Source: Octopus bimaculoides (lineage: Eukaryota). Taken from it: a DNA stretch of 64,000 nt. A model generated the notes under the pieces. The model made no database searches. It saw only the letters and a program-made list of their open reading frames with translations, and had not been told where the DNA came from. The position numbers were made by a program, and so were the translations under genes. The number at the start of each line of letters is the position of its first letter. Positions within the stretch are counted from its first letter, which is position 1. Positions 49,601 through 62,084 of the stretch are shown here, piece after piece. Where the stretch lies: assembly GCF_001194135.2 (NCBI RefSeq), contig NC_068995.1, positions 50,246,762 to 50,310,761 on the forward strand. Reading direction: 5' to 3'.

Positions 49601-51670
49601 TGTAATCCTTATTTATTCATATTGTTTTGAATTAATTACACATTATTTTTGTAGGTTCAAAATTTTGATGATGTGATTGTGTATTTTTGGAATAACATAG
49701 GGTAGGTATGAGAGACTGGCTCTGGCTGGTTTGAATATGAAACAGGTAGAGCATTTGGGCTGGATACGGAAGGTTTAAATGCTAAAGGGTTAAAGATAGT
49801 CACTAGATTTTGCAGGAGACAAGTGATTGGTCAGAACTAATTTCAAGTTGTGTAAATAACAGAAATAGCAGTATCTAATTCTATGAAGTTTTTAGTTTAG
49901 CATCTGAATTAGCACAATGAAAAGTTGTATGGCATGCTCTTTCTTATCAACTAGAATTAAGGTTGGCAGCAGTAGTAAAGAAAGACAAAAAAAAAAAACC
50001 CACTTCTCTTTTATCATAAAGACAAGGGGAAGAAACTAAAGACCTAGAAAATATGACTAACAAACACAAAAGGAAACAAACAATCGGTTTGATGTCAAGT
50101 ATTCTGCTTTACACACACAAACACTCATATACACACGTTCATCCATATAGCCACAGTCTCCTGTAGTGTTTTGTTCTTTATCTTTAAGATACATCTTGTT
50201 GTGTAATATGCAATCTTTATACATAGCCTGGCATCTTTCTTCCATAGAATGACAAATTAATCATGGTAATACATTAACTGATCACAGATGGAGGTAAAAT
50301 ATGCCACTTCCTCTCAGCTGAATTTGACTGAAAAAGGGAAGACACTTGGACTGCTTTCATCTTTGACAGCCAACCTCTAGACATTCATACTACATACATA
50401 CAAGAACAACAGATAAGTAGGCTGTGCCTGGCCATTTAACTCCTTAGCATTTCTCTGTTAAATGTAATGCTTATCTATTCTTTTCTTCCTTTATTTGTTC
50501 CAGTCATTGGACTGCAGGTTTGCTGGGGTACTGCCTTGAAGAATTTTAGTTGAATAAACCGACCCCAATACTTTTTATTCATTAAGCCTAGTGCTTATTT
50601 TATTGATCTCTTTAGCTGAACTGCTAAGTTATGGGGACATAAGCACACCGACACCAGTTGTCAAGTGTTGGTGGTGGGGACAAACACAGACACAAATACA
50701 CACACACACACATATATATACACATATATATACACGATGGGCTTCTTTTAGTTTCTGTTTACCAAATCCGCTCACAAGGCTTTGGTCAGCCTGTGACTAT
50801 AGTAGAAAACACTTGCCTAAGATACCATGCAATGGGACTGAACTCAGAACCATGCGGTTGGGAAGCACTTGCCTCATGGGAGAAGGTGTTGCATCAGAGG
50901 GAAATATGGCTACCTCAAGTGGGGCGAGAGTGGAGAGAGGAGAGCGAGAGGGTGAAACTGTGATGGGGAGAGGAGGAGGGGCTGTTCACTCAAGTTACAG
51001 AGAAGTGTATATAGGGAGGTGGAATGGAAATTGGAGAGGTTCATGAGATTGTAAAAGGAGGGTGGTAGATGGAGGTGGGGAGATGTTATGAGTGTACACA
51101 GATCAAGGGAGGGCATGTTGTGGGGAAAAGATTCAATGGGGATAACATTGTGTGCAGGTATAGTTTAATCTAATTTGAGTTTCCTTGTTGAAAATGGTTT
51201 ATTTCATATCTCTTGAAATTTCTAAATTTTTATGACATAAGAAAGTGGGAGGGGGTGTTTTGTATCATTGTTTTAGATTTTAATGGATGGGGGCGGGGGG
51301 CGGAATTGTGGACAAATGACACTATGTCTTACCTGTAACGAGGACGACGAAGGACCACTTCCACCGACACACTGGTCACGTTCCCTGCATGGTGAGCCAT
51401 CGGGGAGTTTGGGCAGTGAGGCAATTGGTCCTCTCATGCCACCGGGAGAGTTGTCCGGAAGTTTGAGAGGAGTGATTGCATTTGATACCCTACGGCCATG
51501 GGCTGGGCTGCATTCAACAGCTGCTACTTCAAGGATACTACTGCCTGATGTAGAATCTGTTTGGCTCGCAGTGGTAACACCACTCGTGTCAACCAGATCG
51601 AACACAGGCTTGGCGAGCTCATAATCAAAATTGTCAGGTTCATTTGTCATACTCTGTTGTCTCTTTAAGG
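29044..51670 (-). CDS. SH2 domain-containing adaptor of the SHB/SHD/SHE/SHF family, 5'-incomplete: complement(join(51333..51670,42247..42874,32262..32430,29756..29875,29044..29227)), 478 aa visible
   Basis: C-terminal SH2: [39 protein letters not shown]...FSLSIK-GCRSIMHIRI...YILGEFSEPFRTVPDMIHYY...IKDADHLHLRYPV, colinear with human SHB as recalled (VDPAVPLEKQIWYHG...CSYLVRNS...YVLGQNSPPFDSVPEVIHYY...IKGAEHLSLLYPV). Upstream YxxP motifs. Phases 0,1,2,2 are consistent. Probably a single co-ortholog of four vertebrate paralogs, so no symbol given. Confidence 0.93.
29756..29875 (-). CDS. SH2 adaptor exon (120 nt, SH2 N-half WYHG...YLVRR...FSLSI)
   Basis: Acceptor tttttcttttgacag|, donor AA|GTAAGT; phosphotyrosine-binding Arg retained in YLVR; absent from the ORF track. 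Confidence 0.96.
30800..31065 (-). mobile_element. SINE family S with (GATAAAA)-type tail
   Basis: Homologous to 50480-50690; partial copies at 400-461 and 6040-6135. Confidence 0.7.
31680..31998 (+). mobile_element. tRNA-derived CORE-like SINE (head + CORE + tail P)
   Basis: Box A/B-like motifs; gtccttgagcaagacactttatttcacattgctccagtccactcagctg; tail matches 1960-2062. Confidence 0.85.
32262..32430 (-). CDS. SH2 adaptor exon (169 nt, Pro-rich linker to [10 protein letters not shown])
   Basis: Acceptor ttgtttttttag|, donor AA|GTATTT. Confidence 0.92.
34011..34235 (+). mobile_element. Second piggyBac-like MITE family (related copy at about 1410-1615)
   Basis: CCCTTT start; shared internal gctggtgttt-ggaacat-aat-aaca-gaa...ggaaga.ttt.att..gatc.ctttaaaac sequence. 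Confidence 0.5.
34606..35580 (+). mobile_element. 5'-truncated RTE LINE (RT C-terminal part, assembly gap, 3' UTR and (GAT)n tail)
   Basis: QGEKLEVVDSFRYLGDQVSSGGG...RIRIAWAKFRELLPLL...LYDACVRTTMLHGSETW...MLRWMC, open and stop-free up to the gap at 34933; 3' end on the same strand after the gap. Confidence 0.9.
36530..36800 (-). mobile_element. Decayed RTE LINE 3' end with zinc-knuckle remnant
   Basis: IFPNCTRA*HSRVTLCSHFRK resembles the RTE C-terminal CxxCxRxxxSRxxLxSHxR. Confidence 0.55.
36831..37190 (+). mobile_element. RTE-type 3' UTR element with internal gtgccggtggcacgtaaaaagcacc subrepeats
   Basis: Homologous to 35350-35580; flanked by (TA)n on both sides. Confidence 0.8.
41222..41440 (-). 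mobile_element. Family-M SINE
   Basis: Reverse-complement homology to 47745-47950. Confidence 0.75.
42247..42874 (-). CDS. SH2 adaptor large exon (628 nt) with four YExPWD motifs
   Basis: Acceptor tttctacttattcaag|, donor G|GTGAGT; 209 open codons. Confidence 0.93.
47745..47950 (+). mobile_element. Family-M SINE
   Basis: tRNA-like head gaattgttggcacgccagg...gttcaaat; central tttcatcttttcagggtcaataaaataagtaccag. Confidence 0.8.
47955..48246 (-). mobile_element. 5'-truncated RLE-type LINE (R4/Dong-like): C-terminus, stop and 3' UTR
   Basis: LKYEIAQLWKMKKVKIVPIIVGSLGTVSEG...LLQKVCLLGTARIIRKCII*, TAG at 48058-48060. Confidence 0.85.
48276..48435 (+). mobile_element. Family-M SINE, cut by an assembly gap
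   Basis: aaggctgtgagctggcagaattgttagcac head directly after (TTA)n. Confidence 0.8.
49571..49793 (-). mobile_element. piggyBac-like MITE (partial copies at 21895-21962, 31068-31265, 50434-50470 and 59699-59885)
   Basis: TTAA-CCCTTTAGCATT ... AATGCTAAAGGG-TTAA perfect termini. Confidence 0.85.
50735..50870 (-). mobile_element. CORE-like tRNA SINE family C (other copies about 4160-4330, 14650-14775, 35600-35700, 40085-40185, 46245-46345, 53290-53440, 58375-58480 and 62425-62585)
   Basis: Shared gggttcagtcccac...ttgggcaagtgtcttctactatag...ggatttggtagacggaaactgaaagaagccc. tRNA-derived Octopus SINEs (OK/OR1/OR2) are described, but I cannot assign these copies to them. Confidence 0.7.
51333..51670 (-). 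CDS. SH2 adaptor internal exon (338 nt, LKRQQSMTNEPDNFDYELAKP...SSSLQ)
   Basis: Acceptor tatgtatttgcag|, donor CAG|GTAAGA; open frame, GC-richer than flanks; its phase-0 end matches the next exon. Confidence 0.82.
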
Positions 51671-52897
51671 CTGCAAATACATAAATAAAAAAAAGAATAA
51701 ATATCATAGAAAAAAAAATTCCGATTACAAAAAACAAAAACAAAAAACAAACTGGGTTATATTAATAACGAGTGGAATACATCGTGAGAAACAGACACTG
51801 TAGATAAAAAGAAATTGGTGTCATTTTACACTCACAAATAATAACTAAAAATAAGTCATTGAACAACATCAACAGCATCATTAGAAATATAGGCTTGGCA
51901 CATTTTATAACTTTCAATTTTTTTACTCTTCAACAACTTATGGTCTTCTATCATGCATTTCACTTCCTGTGTTTAGATAGATATGACATAATCCAAACAA
52001 ATTGTAAAACAACTCTTCTGCTATAACAATACAATGTTTCAAACATTTAAGCAATTGCAAGGATGCATGTGGTGGCTGTGGAGGTTTATAACCTCAAAGA
52101 GTTTATGCTAAAAAGTAGCAGCAGATGTTGTAGTGTTACAAATATGTAATTATTATGTTTTAGTTTTACTGGTAAATTCTTTCTATGATGGCAAATGTTT
52201 TTTAAACTCAATGCCACAGACATTTGCAGTTAAAAAAAAAAAAAAAAAAAAAAAACTTGCCACAATCACAGTGCTGCACCTTGTAGACAACGAATGCACA
52301 CAAAACTTCCTTTACTTCAAACATAGCCGAGATGGAAATAAATACTACTTTCATGCAACACCATCTTCAAGACAGTCTTTCAAGTATGGTGCAATGTTCG
52401 CCAGTAATTCTCATGTAAAACAAAACAAAACTAAACAGATAAACACTCAACTCTGTTGTGTAAACAACCTTATTAAATTACCAGAACAAAAACTAATGTA
52501 AAATAATCAAGAAAGGAAAAGCCTGAATTTGGACAAAACTCAGAGGACTCTCACCGAAACAAATGCTACATTCTCTGACATAGAAGCTAATGTAGTATAT
52601 AGAGTAAACATGTAGTGTAGACATTACAGCATTGTTACTATTGTTTCAATAGTCGATAAATTAAGTACCAGTTGCATACTGGGATCGATTTTGGTAGACA
52701 AAAACTGAAAGAAGACTGTCTTGTATATATGCGTTGTGTGTTTGTGTAAGTCTCCTTTTCGTGACATTGTGTGATACTTGTAAACTGAGTGTCATTCATT
52801 TCCAATATTCTCCCAAAAAAATGTCTGGCCATGGGGAAATATTACCTTGCTTGTTAAACGATGATGATGATGATGATAAATCTAGTGAACTAAATAC

Positions 52898-52935
<38 letters not shown>

Positions 52936-53869
52936 TATTGATGCACATAGGTGGTCTGGTACATGTGTTATTTTATTGCCGTATCTATGGTGTGGTTTTT
53001 ATATTCCATCCCGTAGTATGTGGAGGATGTAATTAATTTGTTTATTTGTTAGAGTAAATCCAGCCTGTGTGTATGTGTATGTGTGTGTGTGTGTGGTGTG
53101 TTTCAATTGCATGTTTTGAATGTGTTTATTTGAAAGAAAAGGGAGTGTATTTCCTATGGGACTGCGTACATGTGTGTGTACATGAGTGAGTGTATGCAGT
53201 CAGTTGGTATGCTATTGGATGAGGAAATAGTTGGGCAAAATATGTTTCTGGCCAGTGGTTTTATACACATGCATGCACATGATGAGCTTATTTCAGTTTT
53301 CATCTACCAAATCCACTTACAGGCTTTGGTTGGCCAAACGCTATAATAGAAAACACTTGCACAAGGTACAGCTCAGTGGGACTGAACCTGAGACCACATA
53401 TTTAGGAAGTATGTTTCTCAACCACACAATCACGCCTACACTGATTACTATATTATTTATTCGTAATCCAGAGGACATTGGTAATCTTGTCATACATCTG
53501 ACTGCTTTGTTATGTCATAGCCATTCAGTCGTACAAAGGAAGGAGTGACACTCATTTCCTATTACCAGCAGCCTGTTGTGGCAAGCAAAGTTACGTGCCG
53601 TGTCTGGAAGGATTACAACAACAGTATTTGTGGCAAAGTTTTAAATTCACCAACTGGTTATCCAGTTTAGCTCCTTCATTTCAAGGGGGGACTGAAGAAT
53701 AATTGGAAGGGAACACATGAAAGCTATTGGTTTATGCCACACATGGATATATTGGGTGTGGGTACGGGTGGAGGGCAGGAGGTGGTGTGTTGGATATGAT
53801 GTTTAAAAAAACAAAAAGACCATAGAGATAATTAAACTGATATGATATGAGTGAGATACATAAACAACA

Positions 53870-54470
53870 AAACAGGGATGATGATGAAAATGATGATGGT
53901 GGTGGTAATGGTAATAAATGGTGACAACGTGGGCTCACTTATGGTAGAGGTGTTTATACATTTTGATAAATATGATGATGATAATGGTTATGACGATGAC
54001 GATGACGGTGATGATGACAACAACGATGGTATTGCTAGTGACAATGACAATAATAGTCATTAACTCAGCAGTGTTGATAAATCCAATGCTGATGACAATG
54101 ACAATGGTTATTAGGGTAGTGGTGTTGATAAGATTGAGAATGAATATTATTATAGTAATGATGATGATGATGATGATGATGATGGTGGTGGTTATGATTA
54201 TGATGATGGTGGTGATGATGATGATGGTGGTGATGATGATGATGATGGTGGTGGNNNNNNNNNNNNNNNNNNNNNNNNNNNNNNNNNNNNNNNNNNNNNN
54301 NNNNNNNNNNNNNNNNNNNNNNNNNNNNNNNNNNNNNNNNNNNNNNNNNNNNNNNNNNNNNNNNNNNNNNNNNNNNTATGATGATGGTGGTGATGATGAT
54401 GATGGTGGTGATGATGATGATGATGGTGGTGGTGATGACGGATGCTGCTGCTGCTGTTGCTGATGACGAA
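53870..54470. repeat. Long degenerate (GAT/GGT)n trinucleotide tract with an internal gap
   Basis: Direct inspection. Confidence 0.95.
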
Positions 54471-54551
54471 TGTGTTGATTCATGTGATAATGCCAGCGAC
54501 AGCAACACAGACAAGTACAAACACAAATAACAAAAGGCAGCAGACACAAGA

Positions 54552-54594
<43 letters not shown>

Positions 54595-55985
54595 CATGCA
54601 TGTGCTTGCATGTGCGTGTGTGTGTGTGTATTTATATATGTATATGTAAACAAAGCAAAATAGTGTGACTAGTAAATAGCTCTGTTACAGAGATTGTTTG
54701 TTTATCATAGCCGTGTATTATCTAATGTTTCTCCTACCCCTGTACATTTATTTAACCCCAGGAACAGAATCCTGTTCCGATACATTTCAAATTCTCTTTC
54801 GCTCACTCCCTGTCCATTACATTTATTTTCTCTGACTAATTAATAAAGTCAATTTACACGGGGAAGATGCAGTAAAACCGTGACAGAACTGAATGGATGG
54901 GTACGTTGTCTTTCTCATTATTGGCCCTTATTTTGTTGACACCGGATTGACGAAACAACAGCTCTAGTCAACCCTGCTGTTTCGATGTTAAGAAATGAAA
55001 AGCNNNNNNNNNNNNNNNNNNNNNNNNNNNNNNNNNNNNNNNNNNNNNNNNNNNNNNNNNNNNNNNNNNNNNNNNNNNNNNNNNNNNNNNNNNNNNNNNN
55101 NNNNNNNNNNNNNNNNNNNNNNNNNNNNNNNNNNNNNNNNNNNNNNNNNNNNNNNNNNNNNNNNNNNNNNNNNNNNNNNNNNNNNNNNNNNNNNNNNNNN
55201 NNNNNNNNNNNNNNNNNNNNNNNNNNNNNNNNNNNNNNNNNNNNNNNNNNNNNNNNNNNNNNNNNNNNNNNNNNNNNNNNNNNNNNNNNNNNNNNNNNNN
55301 NNNNNNNNNNNNNNNGATTAATAAGATTAACAAGAGCACTAATAAGTAATCAATAAACTGGGGGTGGGGTGGGGTGGGGGAAGGGTGGGCTGGTTGCGAG
55401 GAAAAACAAAAGTGGACCCCCAGATTCATTTTGCAAAAATTCCAAGATCTGTGTTAAAAGAAATATTATAACCCCTCTACCCATGCTTCCCTTCCTCTCA
55501 CTATCCCCTACACACTTGTCTGAAAGAAACAAACAAGCAAAAAACAAACAAAAAAATCCTGCCTAAAGTAACTAGATATTGGCAAAAAAAAAAGAAAAAA
55601 AAAAGGGGGCTAGGAGAAGTAGTAATAAGAAGGTTCAGAACAAAAGAAGGGGGAAAAAATCAGAAAGAAGTAAAAGACAGAATTAGCAGGGACTGAAGAC
55701 TGAAGGAAGCAGTGCCTTGCAGAGAAAATGCCCAACATTATGAAGCAGACACCAACCAGAGAGCAATGTGACAATAACAATGGTGAAAAAGAGGCTATTT
55801 TACTTCTTCGGTGTGACAGTAATGATAGAGCTTAATAAACAGCACTTTTGGGATCCTGTTTAAAGCAACATCGTTATTGATTGACTGCAACACCTCAGTC
55901 CCCCCACTCTCTTTATCTTTTTTTTTTTATCTTCTGCATACATTTCTGACACTTGTATTCACTGTAAGCGTGTATATTCTAATGT

Positions 55986-55993
55986 GTGTATGC

Positions 55994-56032
<39 letters not shown>

Positions 56033-56100
56033 CATCCATCCAGCTATCTATCTATCTATCTATATGTATATATATTTGTATGTATGTATGTATGTATGTA
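55986..56100. repeat. (TATC)n/(TATG)n tetranucleotide microsatellite
   Basis: Direct inspection. Confidence 0.95.
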
Positions 56101-56253
56101 GGTTTTTGCTGTATCTATGCCTGGCTGAAACTTTAAAGTTACTGTCAACAGAATTGTTTTTAAAAAATAATAAATTTGTACTTTGCCAAAAGTATTGAGT
56201 AATCCTTCAGTTTATGAAAATTGTTTTTATTATAACATAAAAACAAACACAAA

Positions 56254-56306
<53 letters not shown>

Positions 56307-56323
56307 NNNNNNNNNNATATACA

Positions 56324-56365
<42 letters not shown>

Positions 56366-57485
56366 AAACACGTATTATGCCCACAGACAAACATACACAA
56401 ACATATATAATTGTATATTATAGACACACGTGTGTGAGTGTGTACACCCATTACATATTGTGTGTGTGATTGTTTTGAAATATATTAAGCATAGGGAGAT
56501 GGTGTGACATGATATGACATGTTACATAGACAGTCAACTAAAAAACAAAAAAAAACTGCCACACTCCACCCCTACCACTAAAACCCTACCAACTGAAACA
56601 AAAAAAAAAACAAGAAAGAAAAAGGGAAAACAAATTCCTGAAATCTAACTAGAATTTAAGGCAAAAAGAAGAAGAAGAAGCAGAAGAAAAATGCATAAAA
56701 GTAATGAGGGATTTGTCTAATAATGTAATTTAGTCTATGTTATGAAAATAAAGAGGAGAGGAACAAGAAGAAGAAGAAGAAAAAAACTAACAGAAAGAAA
56801 AAAAAATGGAAGTGTCAGATATACAATACAAATAACAGCAGAAGAGTTAGATAAAAATCTATTAATTAAAACATAAAAATAATTTGGTGATGCAACAACA
56901 GAAGTATGTATTCATGTTGAACACAGAATGTTGTTGTTGCTGTTGTTGTTAAGGCTGAATTTATACAATTAAATTTAAAATATATAATTTCATATAACAT
57001 CCAACAATAAACACACACACACAAATGGGGAAAACATTGATGAGGTTTCAAGAAAAATCTTTTCCTTCCATATATATATATATCTATATTATTATATATT
57101 ACTAACCTGGAGTGGTGCTAAAGTGAAATTTCAGCATTGTTGGAGAATATAAGAGATGATGTTGCCTGTGTCTCACAATGTACATACACTCCTTACTCAA
57201 CCTATAGCTTCAGTAAAGCATTATGGGATACTTCAAAGAGGGGGGAAGGTCGCTTTATTCATAACACATGTTTCTCTGCCAAGAATTTCTGATAAATACT
57301 GACTTTTCAAGTCCTGGTTACAGATTTTTTTTAAAAAGAATCTAAGTATATATATATAAAAAAAAAACTGAGTGGGAGGAAATGATGACAAACATTGTAA
57401 TTGAATAGATTTTTAGGAAATTCAGTGAGATTATTATTATTATTAGTGTTATCATCACTATTATTATTATTATTATTATCATCAC

Positions 57486-57516
<31 letters not shown>

Positions 57517-57820
57517 AAAAACAATGATTCATTTAAATAAATTTCATCTCTTTCAACTTAGTGAAATATCCNNNNNNNNNNTGTGTGTGTCAGTGAATGT
57601 ACGTGTGTATGTGTGTGTGTGTGTGTGTGTGTATGTCATAATTGTTATATTACATCACTTTTCCATGCAGAGAAAAGTTGCAGTGTGTGTTTGTGCATGT
57701 TTATGTGTGTGTGTGTGTGTGTATACATATATGTATATATGTGTGTGTGTGTATATATCTCAAAAACACACATATCTATCTCTTGGTATATATATGTAAA
57801 CATACGCATGCATATATATA

Positions 57821-58022
57821 CAGTAATCTCTCGACTGTCGCGGGTGTTACATTCCCAAAATTGCCGCGATAGGTGAAAATCCACGAAGTAGAAACAGTAC
57901 AGTGCTGTAGATTTTTTAACAAATTATTTTTATAATTTATATATATTTTATTATAAATGCAAAACAACACCACGAAGGAATCAAACTAAGCCTAATTAAT
58001 AAACCGCGATATGGCAAGAAAT

Positions 58023-58027
<5 letters not shown>
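57821..58027. mobile_element. pogo/Tigger-like MITE inserted in (TA)n
   Basis: TA-CAGTAATCTCTCGACTGTCGCGG left end; right end reverse complement TAGTAATTTCTTGCCATATCGCGG. Confidence 0.7.
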
Positions 58028-58069
<42 letters not shown>

Positions 58070-58101
58070 ACAAAAACATACACATATCTGTCTGTCTCTT
58101 A

Positions 58102-58149
<48 letters not shown>

Positions 58150-59367
58150 ATCATCATCATCGTCATCATTGAACATTCATTTTTCATGCTTGCATTGGTC
58201 AGACAGAATTTGTTGAGGCAGATCTTCTCTGGCTGGATGCCCTTCTCATAACCAGCCTTCGCCCGTTTCCAAGTAAGGTAATGTTTCACCATGACAAGAC
58301 ACATTTTTCCACGGAAGACTGGAAACAAACAGCCTCACTTGTACTCATTTACAACCACTTGTGCTCACTTACAACCATGTCGGGCTTCCTTCAGTTTCTG
58401 CCTACAGAATCCACTCATAAGGATTTGGTCGGCCCAAAACCATGACCACATAGTTGGAAAGCAAGCTTCTTAAATACACAGCAACATCTGTACCTGTATG
58501 TATATGTGTGTGTGTGCATGCTACTGTTTGCTTTTCAACCCTCAACCTATCCAATTTCTACAGTTGTCACCTCCTCTCCCACTACTTATCATCTGTCACT
58601 AATTGTTCATAATGTTTAACCCACATCTATACCCTATTTCCAATTATCTCTCACACTCTTCTATACTCATGCAACCTCTACTCATCTACACTTTTCGTTC
58701 TGTCATGATTTACCTTGTATTTTGTGGCATCCAACCTCAACACCTCATCACTTCTGGTTTTATCTCTTTCCATCTCCAGCCTGGCCACTCTCATTCTCTC
58801 ATCTATAATGTTAGTAGCAGTGTAGCTCCCTACAGCAAAAAACCTTTTTATGTTCTGGGGCCCTTCCCGCTCTCTAACCCCTCATCCCATAGCATAAAGC
58901 TACCATCCTCTCTACATTGGCCCCAGTCAATCGAAAGGGATCTTTGTCCCACAGGCAGCTTGAAGACTTCAATAGTGCTGGTGCAATGACAAGACAGTCC
59001 ACCCAGTACATGCTGTAGAATGGTTGGTGTTACGAAGGCATCCAGCCATAGAAACCACACCAAAGCAGACACTGGGGTACAAAGAAGTCTTTGGACAAAT
59101 CAGATCTTATCAATCTGACTAACCCAAGCCAGCATGGAACATAGCCATTAAATGATGAATGATGATGATTTTACATATATACATGTGTGCGTGTGTGTGT
59201 ATATACATACACACACACATGTGCACATATATATAAAATTACTTTACTTGTAAACAAGTGTGGGTTGGCAACAGGAAGGGCATGTACCTGTACAGAAACT
59301 GACTCATTGTACTTGCCTTTGACCTATGCCAGCACGGAAAACTAGGTGTTAAAATGATGATGACAAT

Positions 59368-59402
<35 letters not shown>

Positions 59403-60420
59403 TATATATATATATGTCTAATGCATCTATCCACATATATCATCTTTATCATTTCGAGTCCACTTTCCAAGTTGGTGTGTATAGGATAGGTCATCATATT
59501 CCAAGTCAGCTCTTAGTCAGAATTACTGCTTTCCTTGGAAGATTGAACATCTAGACTCACTGAAAAATTTCCCTTTTGATGATTCTCTCTCTCTCTCTCT
59601 CCATGTCTCTATCAATATCCACTGATCTCTGCCTGGTTATTGTTACACAAGTGAAAATGCCAGCCAGCCCCAAGCTTGGTAGAGTTCTAAGTAAGGAATT
59701 AACCCTTTAGCAATCAGATTATTCTGTCAAATGTAATCCTTATTTTATTCACATTGTTTTGAATTAATCCTGCATAATCTCATAGGTTCAAGATTTTGAT
59801 AATGTGATAATTTATTTCCAAAATTAAATTGCAGGGTAGGTGTGAGAGGCCAGATCTGGTCACTCTGAACGTAAACCAGATAGAATGTGGAGAGGGGAGA
59901 CTGGTATGCATGGTCGACTGCTGGTCTTCTATTAACAACCTTGTCTGGACTTGTGCCTCAGAGGGTTACTTTCTAGGTGCAGTCCCATGGACATTCATGA
60001 CCAAAGGGGGTCTTTACCCCTTTTACCCTTCATAGTGTGTATGTATCACACAAATAGACACATGCACATATATATCTATCGTTCTATATCATTGTATTGA
60101 CCAGAGGATCAGATCTTGTTATACACCACTGGTCACAATGCACTTCCTTGCATTGATGTAGCTTTCAAATGAAGCCAACCTGCTGGCTTGCTGGGCATAC
60201 CAACATTCCCCAACAATGGGATGCCAGCCTGTTACAGGGTCACCCATTTACAGCTGAGTGGACTGGAACAACATGAAATGACATGTTTTGCTCAAGAATA
60301 CAACACACTACCTCTTTGGGAATTGAAATCATGATCTTGCAGCTTTGAGTGCAATACCCTACCCACTAGGCCTATATCTTTCTATAGTTTATATAAAGGA
60401 ACTTCACTAATTACTTAAAG

Positions 60421-60745
60421 GACCCCCTTCGGTCATGATTGACCATGGGATTGCACCTTGAAAGTTACCCTCCAAGGGACAAGTCCAGGCAAGGTTGTTT
60501 ATGGAAGACCAGCAGTCGCCCATGCATACCGGCCTCCCTTCTCCATGCTATAAATGTTATTCAAGGGAAAGGCAAAGGGGCCGATACAGCTTGGCACCAG
60601 TGACATCCCAACTCATTTCTACAGCTGAGTGAACTGGAGCAATGTGAAAGAAAGTGTCTTGCTCAAGAACACAACACACAGCCTGGTCTGGGAATTGAAC
60701 TTGCTACCTCACGATTGTGAGTCTGACACTCTAACCACTGAGCCT
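60421..60745 (-). mobile_element. CORE-like SINE with a distinct tail (tail also at 59895-60012, opposite strand)
   Basis: CORE-like gtgttcttgagcaagacactttctttcacattgctccagttcactcagctg on the minus strand. Confidence 0.75.
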
Positions 60746-61218
60746 ACCCTTTTAAGTTACTTATAAAGTTTGCAAATAAAATTACACCAACGGAAATGGT
60801 AATTCAATTCAGAAATGGTTAATCCTTTATATATTTCATTTTTTACTTGTTTATAAGGTCAAACATTTTATTAGTAGACCTAGATCTTGATGAAATATTT
60901 ATTTTCTTTATCTTATTTCTTTTCTTTTTTTTATCCTCTCTTTGAAAAGAACTGAATTCATGTGTAAATGGCTGTGAATATTTTTGTTACACATGGGCTG
61001 CTGTTACTTGCGGTTAGTGTGTAACAAGAGCTTCAAGTGTACTGGTAACTATAAAAGAGCACTCAAGTGTGTATCATATAAGTTCTATTAAAGAGCCTGA
61101 AAGAGTTGTCACTTACATACTTACTTATGACTTATTTAGAGGCAACCAAAATATCTTTTATTTTTATGTTTCACTTATTTTTGCTAGTTTATTTTTACAA
61201 GAAAAAGGTAGGCACTGC

Positions 61219-61268
<50 letters not shown>

Positions 61269-62084
61269 TATTATTTATTTTTTTGTTGTTGTTATTCAAA
61301 CTTGTTTAGCGAACTGTCTATGCGCTAAAGACTATCAGTCACTCGATCTGCTAGAAAAAGCAGCTAAAATTCCCTGAAATGCCACTCTACACTCTTGAAA
61401 ACAGGAAAGACATTGTATAGTGTAGTCCTAGATTAACAAAAAAGATTAGGATGGGTCACACAGCTGGAATATCTTTCATTACAGGTCTGCCTGATCAGGG
61501 TTGACCTGGGGTTAAACAACAGCAACAGTAGTGTATATACCTAAGATAATGAAATTGTCATGTTGAATATTATAACAAAGTCAAGTTGAACATATGTTTA
61601 CACAAGTGTTTAAAATGTAAACATGTACAAATATACTGTATATAACAGTATGTGGTGATGTAGACACATAGTGCATGTATATAAAGCAAGTACTTTTCTG
61701 TTTATATCTGTATGTACACTTTTTTCTTTGATATATAAACAAACATGAATTTTTACTTCAGTTCTAAAATGGCCCTCATTGAATTCAATGTAACTATATT
61801 TCTAAACAGTTAAAGGAAATATGAAAGAAATAGGGACACCCCTGACCCACATGGTAGTTAACCGGACTGACCAGAGCCACCTGACTTTCTTTGTCTTGCC
61901 ACTCATATCGCATCTTTTCGTACCCACCTCCAACTGCTGCATCCAATCCTTCCTACCCAGAATGTCATCCCCCCCTGGAACTACCATGTTTTCCCTGCAT
62001 TCGTCAATTAGCAGTTGTTCCAAAAAAAGACATCAACAGCACTGATCTTATTGGTCTTGGAGGTTTCTGCAAATGCCAGACCAA

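Noticed and set aside
51671-51800. Hydrophobic N-terminus of ORF 51273-51743 (FLFFVIGIFFSMIFILFFIYVFAA) suggesting a transmembrane adaptor, with another acceptor-like site at 51798
   Set aside because: This is the U-rich polypyrimidine tract of the 51670 acceptor. The upstream AG gives a stop in phase 1. It should be revisited only if RNA-seq covers 51671-51797.
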